Positions 7,972 to 15,158 of a stretch of 15,158 bases of DNA are shown here, in pieces (the stretch's first letter is position 1; the number at the start of each line of letters is the position of its first letter). Position numbers and translations under genes: made by a program. The notes beneath the pieces are model-generated. The model saw only the letters and a program-made list of their open reading frames with translations. It was not told the DNA's origin and ran no database searches. Source of the stretch: Promethearchaeota archaeon (GTDB taxonomy: Archaea > Asgardarchaeota > Lokiarchaeia > Sigyniarchaeales > SOKP01); NCBI GenBank assembly GCA_048941265.1, contig JBHLNT010000099.1, positions 1 to 15,158 of the forward strand, in the 5' to 3' direction.

Positions 7972-9285
7972 CTACTTTTTCTTAATTTTTTTTACATTTA
8001 ACACTCCATTGTTTATTCGGGCAAAAATTTCTTCGATATCTTCTTTCTCAACTATTAATGGAGGCATAATAATTAATGTATCTTTCTTATTCCCGCAATA
8101 ATTTTGAAGAACACCTTCCTTTATAATGCTGACCATGCTCAATTGACTATCCTCTTCATTATGAAATTCAACACCCCACATAAGACCTCTACCTCTTACT
8201 TCCTTTATTAAATCAGAATGTTCTTGGGAAATCTCCTCTAATCCTTTACCAAATAATTTACCCATTTCCTTGACGTGATTTAAAAATTTAGGATCTGATT
8301 GAATATCTAACATCTCACACGCAACGGCACAACCTAGATCTGAACCACCTGTAGTAGAGATATGAATAAAAGGATCGTCTTTAAATACTGCTTTCTCGAT
8401 AAAAGGTTTATAGCTACACGTAGATAAGGGATAAATTCCAGAACTCATTCCTTTTCCCAATACCATAAAATCTGGGGTTACTTTTTCATCAAAATACATC
8501 CCTCCATATATCGCCCAAAAATGTCCTGTACGACCAAGACCTGCTTGTACCTCATCAATAATCATCATTGCTCCTTTTTCATCACAAATCTCTCTAACTT
8601 CGGCGAAATAGCCTTTTGGAGCTATTAAAACACCACCCGTAGCGGGAATTGTTTCTAAGATTATACACGCAACTTCTTCGGTCACTGCTTTTCGCATTGC
8701 ATCTGCATTTCCGAAAGGAACTTGTTTAAAATGAGGATTATTCCACAAAAAAGGATCCTTGAAGTCTGGATCTCCTGTAAGCAATGCAAAACCAGTGTGT
8801 CCATGATAGCATCCAATAGCTGAAATACAGCCTCTTCTTTTAGTGTAAGCTCTCGAAAACTTTATTGCTGTATCTATAGCTTCTCCTCCACTAACTCCGA
8901 ATGTAGTTTTTGAAATATCTCCTGGCATTAAATCTGCTAATTTCTTACCTAATAACGCTCGCCACTCAGATAAAAGCATATGATCCCCTAGATCCAGCCC
9001 TCCATCTAAGGCATCTTTAAGAAATTGAACAATTCTAGGATTGTGGTGACCTAAATTAAATACACCGCCACTAGATCGACAGTTAAATAGTTCCATTGGA
9101 GGGTCTGAAGGTTTGCGCCCACCTAAGGTTTTAAATTTGACACCTTCTCTTTCACCAGGCATTACTCCGAAACCAAAACCTTTAAAAATCATTACTTTAG
9201 GGGCATTTACATGCTTCGAATATAATTTTAATAAATCTTTTTGAGGTAGGGTTCCAATGAATTTCTTTTTTGTGTTATTTACCAT
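7972..9285 (-). CDS. Class-III PLP-dependent aminotransferase, putrescine aminotransferase (PatA)/acetylornithine aminotransferase-like
   Basis: GVFNLGHHNP, SGGEAIDTAIK, YHGHT, IIDEVQAGLGRTG, LGKGMSSG (PLP Lys), PFIHISTTGG, RGRGLMWG, MPPL. TATA-like TTTTAATA on the minus strand (9318-9311) about 26 nt upstream suggests a leaderless mRNA. Confidence 0.88.
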   Translation of the reverse strand: MVNNTKKKFIGTLPQKDLLKLYSKHVNAPKVMIFKGFGFGVMPGEREGVKFKTLGGRKPSDPPMELFNCRSSGGVFNLGHHNPRIVQFLKDALDGGLDLGDHMLLSEWRALLGKKLADLMPGDISKTTFGVSGGEAIDTAIKFSRAYTKRRGCISAIGCYHGHTGFALLTGDPDFKDPFLWNNPHFKQVPFGNADAMRKAVTEEVACIILETIPATGGVLIAPKGYFAEVREICDEKGAMMIIDEVQAGLGRTGHFWAIYGGMYFDEKVTPDFMVLGKGMSSGIYPLSTCSYKPFIEKAVFKDDPFIHISTTGGSDLGCAVACEMLDIQSDPKFLNHVKEMGKLFGKGLEEISQEHSDLIKEVRGRGLMWGVEFHNEEDSQLSMVSIIKEGVLQNYCGNKKDTLIIMPPLIVEKEDIEEIFARINNGVLNVKKIKKK

Positions 9286-9370
9286 AATTTTAATAAAAGG
9301 TCTGAAAATTTATTAAAATTGTTAAAAATACTCTTAAAACTAGTTGAGATTCTTCAATGCTTATTATGTT

Positions 9371-9394
9371 AAAAATAAAAAGAATGAAAAAAAA
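9371..9394 (-). terminator. Oligo-T tracts after the coiled-coil gene, putative archaeal-type terminator
   Basis: Minus strand reads TAA-TTTTTTTT-CATTC-TTTTT-A-TTTTT immediately after the stop. Confidence 0.5.
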
Positions 9395-10240
9395 TTAGAA
9401 TTCATAACCACATTTTTTGCATACATTTTTCTTCGCGTACATAGGAATGTGCCCAACATAGCTTAAAACTTTTGATTTATCTTCGACTGACTTAATATCG
9501 CTCCCCACAGCCCCACACATGGGGCATGTAATACGTTCTTCGCTTACAAACCCACCGGCACTAATTTCTGGAGGTTTTAATTCTCCAAGTTCGACTTCGG
9601 CTTCATCAATACGAGCTTTTTGAGATTTTATTAAGGAATCTTTTTCCAGAAGCATATTACTAAGCTCTTCCAGTTTATTATCTTTTTCTGAAATCGTGGC
9701 CTTTAATTCGGATATTTGGGAATTTAATTGATTTACTTGAGAACCTGTTCCTTTAAATGCTTCAATTTCGGCTTTTAAAGAAGCTGATTCAGATTTTATG
9801 CTATTTATCTCATCATCTTTAGCTGAAATTGCCGCATTTGCGTCATTTATTTTTCCTTCCAATGTAGTTATTGTGCCTTCCAGTTCAGAGATTTTATTAC
9901 TCGCATTTTGTAATGCACTTGTCGCTTCACTTAAACTATTGATAGTATTTTCGAGTTCACCAATTTTATTATTGGCGTCAACCAGTTTTTGGTTTAGATC
10001 ATTAATCGTAGCACTAGCTTGATTAAGTTCTGAAGAGGATGAATCAGCAGTTGCTTTAGCACTACTTAATTCATTAGTAGTGGAAGCAAGATTATCTTGG
10101 GCTTGAGCTAAATCCGCTTTTGTCTCAGTCAGATGTTTTTCTAGGTCATTAACTTTCGCACGCAGGTCTAATAAAAATCTACCCTCAACTTTTTGAGCTT
10201 TTTGGGGAGCCTCCTCTGCTTTAGCCCAATCAATTGGCAA
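9395..10240 (-). CDS. Long coiled-coil protein with C-terminal zinc ribbon (hypothetical)
   Basis: TTG start with strong SD GAGGTG (minus strand, about 10250-10255). About 195 aa proline-free heptad region, then a PPEISAGG linker and CPMCG-x(about 30)-CKKCGYEF at the C-terminus. Confidence 0.85.
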   Translation of the reverse strand: MPIDWAKAEEAPQKAQKVEGRFLLDLRAKVNDLEKHLTETKADLAQAQDNLASTTNELSSAKATADSSSSELNQASATINDLNQKLVDANNKIGELENTINSLSEATSALQNASNKISELEGTITTLEGKINDANAAISAKDDEINSIKSESASLKAEIEAFKGTGSQVNQLNSQISELKATISEKDNKLEELSNMLLEKDSLIKSQKARIDEAEVELGELKPPEISAGGFVSEERITCPMCGAVGSDIKSVEDKSKVLSYVGHIPMYAKKNVCKKCGYEF

Positions 10241-10494
10241 GTTTTTTTACACCTCTAAGGTATTCAGTTTTATTTTTAATCTTTAGATTTTTAAATGTAT
10301 TATTTCTTAATAATATATATATTATAGATTACTGTTTTTTAACTATTTTTTAAATTAAAGATTATTGGTTTTTTAAGAATTTTCAATTTTTAATTGGAAA
10401 TAAAAAGTATTAATATAACAAATATGTGAATATATAATTATTCTCTTATAATATTATAAAGTAAGTGAAATTAAATTAAAAATAAATGAGATAA

Positions 10495-11352
10495 TTGAGT
10501 CAAGAAGATAAATCAATCCAAAATATTGAATTCATTTCAACTTCGGGAGTATTTAAAACTTCATTTTCCTTAGTTATTCTATTTCAGCTATATTTTGGAA
10601 TTATCATAGTGATTGTGTTAAATTTATGGTATATAAACTATTTATATTATTTTTTTACAGGAAATTTAATTTACTCTGTGAGTATTATTGAAGAGGATTG
10701 GTTTTATTGGCTTTTAGTTCTGCTTTTACCTTTAAATATATATGGAAATATCTTTTTATTTACCTTTTCTATCATATTTTTCTCTGCTGGTATTATGAAA
10801 CTATTAAATTGGATTCATCCTCCAAGAGAGGGGATTTTCGAAAGAGGGAGCAAAGATTGGAAATATGTACATCGGCGATTTTGGACTGCTTATTTGCCAA
10901 TTTGGTTAGCGAGAGTGACACCTCTTCCCTGGATAGATATCATATGTTATCGTGTATTTGGAGTAAAAATTGGGAAAAATGTAGTTGCTTATGAGGGTTA
11001 TATTGATCCAATATTTGTGGAAATAGGTGATTTTTCCATGACTTCTCTTAATATCTGTATTTTTTCACATTTAATCTATCATGATAAAGTGATTATCAAG
11101 AAAGTAAAAATAGGAAAAGCTTGTGTTGTTGGTCCTCAGACGATAATATCTCCAGGAACAGTTATGAAGGATAGAGCTGTTTTAGGAGCCAATAGTTATA
11201 CTTGGATTGGTCAAAAACTTGAAAGTGATTTGATTCACGTTGGAACACCTGTTTCTGTCAATTTTCCAATACAAACTTTGGAACAATCCCTAGAAAAAGC
11301 AGAGAGAATTAAAAAATCAGATCAGAGTGATAATCCGGGGGGTCAGAATTAA
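10495..11352 (+). CDS. Membrane-anchored left-handed beta-helix (hexapeptide-repeat) acyltransferase-like protein 1
   Basis: TTG start. Two long N-terminal hydrophobic segments, then HPPREGIF...W, RVFGVKIGKN, VEIGDFS, VKIGKACVVGPQTIISPGTVMKDRAVLGANS, GTP. Confidence 0.8.
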   Translation: MSQEDKSIQNIEFISTSGVFKTSFSLVILFQLYFGIIIVIVLNLWYINYLYYFFTGNLIYSVSIIEEDWFYWLLVLLLPLNIYGNIFLFTFSIIFFSAGIMKLLNWIHPPREGIFERGSKDWKYVHRRFWTAYLPIWLARVTPLPWIDIICYRVFGVKIGKNVVAYEGYIDPIFVEIGDFSMTSLNICIFSHLIYHDKVIIKKVKIGKACVVGPQTIISPGTVMKDRAVLGANSYTWIGQKLESDLIHVGTPVSVNFPIQTLEQSLEKAERIKKSDQSDNPGGQN

Positions 11353-11355
11353 AAA

Positions 11356-12093
11356 ATGTTTCAACCAGCATCTCTGAAAGGTCAATCTCCTACACCCATC
11401 GACGAGAAGATTCGTAATAAATATCTTGTTCTATATATATTAATTATACTACTTAGTTTTATTCCTTTATCACTATTTGAATATTATTATATTTTGTATT
11501 TCTGGAAAGAGGATGAATATTTATTATTTTTTGTGCTTTTGCCAGTTAATATTATATTAGCTGTATATATTCTTCAATTTAGTGCAATTTTAATTGCATT
11601 TCTATTTTTGAAAATTGTTAAATTAATTCACCAACCAAAAGAGGGTATTTTTAAGAGAGAAATTAATGATAAAGATTATTTTTATTGGAATTTAAGAAAT
11701 TTAATCAAAAAATGGCCATTATTTTTAATCGCCTCAAATCCATTTCCATGGTGTAAGAATCGTTTTACACTAAGATTTTTTGGTGTAAAAATTGGGAAGA
11801 GTAGTGTTTGTGATAACAGTTGGATATCCTCTGAATTTGTGTCAATTGGCAGAAATGTAATCATTGGAATGGCAAGCACTATTATAAGTTTTGGAATAGA
11901 GCAAGATAAATTTATTCTTAAAAAAATTGCCATAGAAGATAATACTGTAATTGGTGCCAAATGCGTTCTTTTGCCTGGTACAAGAATAAGAAAAGGTGCT
12001 AAGCTTTCAGCTCACTCATATACAGATTTTAATCAAGTTTTGGAAGAAAATTTAATTTATACGGGTCATCCAGCAAAGTTGAAAAATTTGTGA
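11356..12093 (+). CDS. Membrane-anchored left-handed beta-helix acyltransferase-like protein 2 (paralog of the preceding gene)
   Basis: Two hydrophobic segments, HQPKEGIF...YW, RFFGVKIGKS, VSIGRNVIIG, IAIEDNTVIGAKCVLLPGTRIRKGAKLSAHS, YTGHPAK. Starts 3 nt after the previous stop. Confidence 0.8.
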   Translation: MFQPASLKGQSPTPIDEKIRNKYLVLYILIILLSFIPLSLFEYYYILYFWKEDEYLLFFVLLPVNIILAVYILQFSAILIAFLFLKIVKLIHQPKEGIFKREINDKDYFYWNLRNLIKKWPLFLIASNPFPWCKNRFTLRFFGVKIGKSSVCDNSWISSEFVSIGRNVIIGMASTIISFGIEQDKFILKKIAIEDNTVIGAKCVLLPGTRIRKGAKLSAHSYTDFNQVLEENLIYTGHPAKLKNL

Positions 12094-12100
12094 ATTTGTT

Positions 12101-13690
12101 ATGCAATCAGAAAGAATCATTCAAGATCAAAATAAAGTTGATTCTAAGAAAAGAATTGTAATTGTATCAGACACTCATATTACGCCAACAGGCACAAACT
12201 TTAATCTTAAGGCATTTAATAAAGGTATCGAAGAAATAAACAAGATAAAGAATGTAGATTTATTTCTGCATCTCGGTGACATCACTGATACTGGTACCTT
12301 ATTAGATTATGAATATGCTCTTGACCTATATAACAAATTTAAGCCAATTTCAAAAGCTCCATTGCGTTATATCATAGGTAATCATGATTCTCTAAATGTA
12401 GGTTATTTACTATTTGAGGAAATTCTTGGAGAAAGGCATTTTGAATTTGAAGATGAAAGTATTTATGTTATAGGAATTGATTCAACAAAACCAGATTTAG
12501 CGGGGGGTGTAATCCATCACAATACAATTGATGCTGTAAAAAAACGATTGATCAAACCTGAAAGGAAGGATAAAATAAAGATCGTTTGTTTTCATCATCA
12601 GCTGATTCCTATTCCATATACGGGTAAGGAAAGATCAGCAATTGATGATTCAGGAAATATGCTTAAAATGCTCCTAGAATCAAAAGCAGATCTGATATTA
12701 AATGGACATCGTCATATCTCAAATATATATGATGTTAGCAACAGTGAAAAAAATTTATATATTTTTAATGCTGGAACCTTTTCATGTAATAAGACAAGGT
12801 ACCGTGAACTCTTTAGTTATTCTATTATTGATATAAAAGATAAAACCTTAAATTTCAAAATAATACCCACCCTTGAGAGCTCATTTGTTAAGGAGATCAA
12901 TAGAATAATTAATTATTATCATCCTCGAATGCCTAAGTTAAAAGAAAAGCCTTTTTGTAAATTGATACAGTTATGCAACACACATATTTCAGAACAATTA
13001 GAAGATAAAGCAACAAATTATGAAAAAGCAATTAATATAATAAATAGCATTGAAGATGTGGATTTAGTAGCTCATATTGGAAATCTAACAAAAAACAGTT
13101 ATAAAGAAGAATTTGAAATTGCAAAAGAAAAATTAGCTTTAATTAAGCATCCCTATTTAGTTGTTCCCGGGTATAGCGACTCGAAACCACCAGCTTGGCA
13201 ATTTTGGCAAAAAATTATTGGCCCATTGGATCCTTTATATGAAAATGAAAAATTATTTTTTCAAGGATTTAATTCAACAACTACCGATTCTAAAATTGGG
13301 TTTATTGGACGAAAAAAATTACATAAATTTATGGAAAAAGTATTAAGTTTTAGTCATGAAAAATTATTTGCCATCGGCTGTTTTCACAATTTTATTCCTA
13401 CTCCTTTGAGTGTTTGGAGAACAGAATTAACTGATGCGGGAGATGTTCTTTCACAAATATCACGTTCAAGAATTGGTGTTGTTCTAAATAGTACTCCAAG
13501 TATTTCTTTTAATGTAAAAATAGAGAATTCAATTTTCTCTAATGGAGGCAATTTACAAGGGGATCATTTTAATCCGATATTTATTGAAATAGATATTTAT
13601 AAAGATGGATTAGTAATATTAACTGAACATAATCTCAAAACCGGAAAAAAAAAAATAATTGGAACATATAATATTACAATTTTAGCATAA
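12101..13690 (+). CDS. Calcineurin-like metallophosphoesterase (CpdA/Icc-like) with an intact N-terminal domain and a second, degenerate copy of the domain
   Basis: Domain 1: SDTH, GDITDTG, GNHD, FHH, NGHRH. Domain 2 (from about 12950): CNTH, GNLT, GYSD, FHN, NSTPS. Starts 7 nt after the previous stop. Confidence 0.88.
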   Translation: MQSERIIQDQNKVDSKKRIVIVSDTHITPTGTNFNLKAFNKGIEEINKIKNVDLFLHLGDITDTGTLLDYEYALDLYNKFKPISKAPLRYIIGNHDSLNVGYLLFEEILGERHFEFEDESIYVIGIDSTKPDLAGGVIHHNTIDAVKKRLIKPERKDKIKIVCFHHQLIPIPYTGKERSAIDDSGNMLKMLLESKADLILNGHRHISNIYDVSNSEKNLYIFNAGTFSCNKTRYRELFSYSIIDIKDKTLNFKIIPTLESSFVKEINRIINYYHPRMPKLKEKPFCKLIQLCNTHISEQLEDKATNYEKAINIINSIEDVDLVAHIGNLTKNSYKEEFEIAKEKLALIKHPYLVVPGYSDSKPPAWQFWQKIIGPLDPLYENEKLFFQGFNSTTTDSKIGFIGRKKLHKFMEKVLSFSHEKLFAIGCFHNFIPTPLSVWRTELTDAGDVLSQISRSRIGVVLNSTPSISFNVKIENSIFSNGGNLQGDHFNPIFIEIDIYKDGLVILTEHNLKTGKKKIIGTYNITILA

Positions 13691-13763
13691 AATATATCCT
13701 ATAAAATTATATTGCTAACATTCAAGCAAAAAATTTCAATTAAAAGAGATACTTAATAAAATA

Positions 13764-14987
13764 ATGAGTCAGCTTCATATTTTAAAACAATATAACTTGA
13801 TAAAAATAAATCCATCTCCTGAAATTTGGCTTAAATCCATGAAAGTTAGAATGCGGATGATGAAAACTTTAACAATTAATATCAAACAGAGTTTAAATAG
13901 GGCGACAATACCATTTCACAAATATCAGTTAAGCAATGATTCGACTCGATTATTTTTCTTTTTTAACAACGAAGATATTCAAAAAGCGATAGAATTATTG
14001 GAAAACATCTTTGGCATTGATTCATTTAGTCCCACACTAAGAACGTCGAATAATCTGAAAAATATTGTTCAAAGGACGCTTGAAGTATGTGAAGATATAT
14101 TAGTTGAAAATGATACTTTTGCTATAAGAGTAAAGCGTTCAGGAAAACATGATTATACCTCTCAAGATGTTGCTATAAAAGTTGGAAAAGCGGTGTTAGA
14201 TCATTTTAGTAAATTAAATCTAAAAGTAAATTTGTCAAATCCGATTAAAAGAATTTTCATTGAAATCAGAGGGGATTTTTCTTATATTTTCACAGATATC
14301 ATTAAAAGTAAATGGGAGGGTTTGCCAATTGAAGTAAATAAAAAAGTTTGCTGTATGGATGTTGGCAGACTAAATGATTTGTTAGCAGGATTTTTATTAA
14401 TGAGAAGAGGTTGTAATATTTATCCAATTTTATTCAAACTAACTGATTATAATAATAATCTAGAAATATGGATAAATAATTGGAAAGAGATTCTAGCATA
14501 TATACCTCATGTAAGATTTAAGCTTAGGATAATCAATTTACTCACAATATTAAGAAAAATTTGGGATAATTTAGCTGATAAAAAATATTTATGTGTGATG
14601 TGCAGGCTTTTAAGATTTGAAATTATATCAAGAGTATTAATAGGATTACAAATTGAAGATTTTCGAAGAATAGAAGCTATTACTGATGGAATTAGTTTAA
14701 ATAACTTAACATTATGCCCTGATATAATTGATTTTGAATCAATTTCTATAAATTATGTATTCTCGAAATATCCTATATTTACACCATTAATAGCTTTAGA
14801 ATCAGATGAGATAAATGAAACGACTACTAAAATATCAAAAAATTTCAATACTCTAGATTATTGTTTTTTTAAGCCGCAAAATCAAGAAATCCACAAAGAA
14901 AGGGTATTAGAGATATATAATTCGCTAGAATTAGAGAATTTGATCTCTGAGGCTATAAAAAATATGGAAGAGATTAATATAACTTAA
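13764..14987 (+). CDS. ThiI-like protein (NFLD + THUMP + degenerate PP-loop domain); probably not a self-sufficient tRNA 4-thiouridine synthase
   Basis: EIWLKS...NI (NFLD), IFGIDSFS, TFAIRVKRSGKHDYTSQDVAIKVG...KVNLSNP...IEIR (THUMP), GLP, LMRRGC, CVMCR, PLI, distal YC. The SGGxDS PP-loop is replaced by DVGRLND. Confidence 0.85.
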   Translation: MSQLHILKQYNLIKINPSPEIWLKSMKVRMRMMKTLTINIKQSLNRATIPFHKYQLSNDSTRLFFFFNNEDIQKAIELLENIFGIDSFSPTLRTSNNLKNIVQRTLEVCEDILVENDTFAIRVKRSGKHDYTSQDVAIKVGKAVLDHFSKLNLKVNLSNPIKRIFIEIRGDFSYIFTDIIKSKWEGLPIEVNKKVCCMDVGRLNDLLAGFLLMRRGCNIYPILFKLTDYNNNLEIWINNWKEILAYIPHVRFKLRIINLLTILRKIWDNLADKKYLCVMCRLLRFEIISRVLIGLQIEDFRRIEAITDGISLNNLTLCPDIIDFESISINYVFSKYPIFTPLIALESDEINETTTKISKNFNTLDYCFFKPQNQEIHKERVLEIYNSLELENLISEAIKNMEEINIT

Positions 14988-15123
14988 ATAAGGAGTTTTT
15001 GTCTATATTTTTTGTTTTATTATAATTAAATTTAAAATCATAAATTTTTTATAAAATTTGATAAAGATATTAATTTAACATATAAAATTCTTAATTATAA
15101 TTAACTAAAATAAAAGGATTCTT

Positions 15124-15158
15124 ATGGCTAAAGTAGAGTTAAATTTGTTGAATATATT
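15124..15158 (+). CDS. Start of a downstream gene, truncated by the window (MAKVELNLLNI...)
   Basis: ATG at 15124 preceded by AAAGGA after a very AT-rich spacer. Only 11 codons are visible, so no product is assigned. Confidence 0.5.
   Translation, partial: MAKVELNLLNI

Noticed and set aside
9798-10022. 74-aa hydrophobic plus-strand ORF
   Set aside because: Antisense to the coiled-coil gene; hydrophobicity is the expected mirror of Glu/Lys/Asn codons.
10311-10459. Perfect A/T-only palindromes TAATATATATATTA (10311-10324) and TTATAATATTATAA (10446-10459)
   Set aside because: Low-complexity sequence in an extremely AT-rich divergent promoter region; expected by chance or simply overlapping TATA boxes.
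10698-10994. 98-aa alternate-frame ORF
   Set aside because: Nested in LbH gene 1, whose main frame is intact; no sign of a frameshift.
11682-11960. 92-aa minus-strand ORF
   Set aside because: Antisense shadow of LbH gene 2.
13161-13346. 61-aa alternate-frame ORF
   Set aside because: Nested within the phosphoesterase; the main frame aligns with domain 1 throughout.
13645-13655. A11 homopolymer as a possible slippage or phase-variation site
   Set aside because: In frame (Gly-Lys-Lys-Lys-Ile), only about 12 codons from the stop, and A-runs are common in this AT-rich sequence.
13764-14987. Calling the gene thiI or a pseudogene
   Set aside because: The PP-loop is missing so the canonical symbol is not justified, but the ORF is full length without stops or frameshifts so pseudogene is unsupported too.
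1-15158. CRISPR array, tRNA/rRNA, IS or integrase, defence system
   Set aside because: No regularly spaced repeats, GC-rich structured RNA segments, transposase/recombinase motifs or terminal inverted repeats seen; intergenic gaps are at most about 300 bp and AT-rich.

Overview
AT-rich (roughly 30% GC by eye), gene-dense prokaryotic window, most likely archaeal and probably Asgard/Lokiarchaeia-like. That call is an inference from TATA/BRE-type promoters, oligo-T tracts after stops, a GAGGTG Shine-Dalgarno, paralogous GPH-family MFS genes and a coiled-coil protein ending in a CPxCG...CxxCGxEF zinc ribbon. Left to right: (1) the truncated 5' end of an NDP-forming acyl-CoA synthetase-type CoA-binding protein (minus strand, missed by the ORF track); (2) two paralogous GPH/MelB-family transporters enclosing a tight five-gene sugar/sugar-acid cassette (divergent shikimate-dehydrogenase-fold oxidoreductase, cupin PGI, SerA-like D-2-hydroxyacid dehydrogenase, UlaG-like metallo-beta-lactamase-fold hydrolase, bacterial-type Eda aldolase) with no kinase or dehydratase; (3) an atypical class-III aminotransferase and a long coiled-coil/Zn-ribbon protein (minus); (4) a plus-strand run of two membrane-anchored left-handed beta-helix proteins resembling split Pls/NRPS-terminal modules, a tandem active+degenerate metallophosphoesterase, a ThiI homolog that has lost its PP-loop but kept THUMP and CxxC+C, and the first 11 codons of a further gene. 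No rRNA, tRNA, CRISPR array or mobile element was recognised. All functional calls come from motif recognition by eye; no searches were run.
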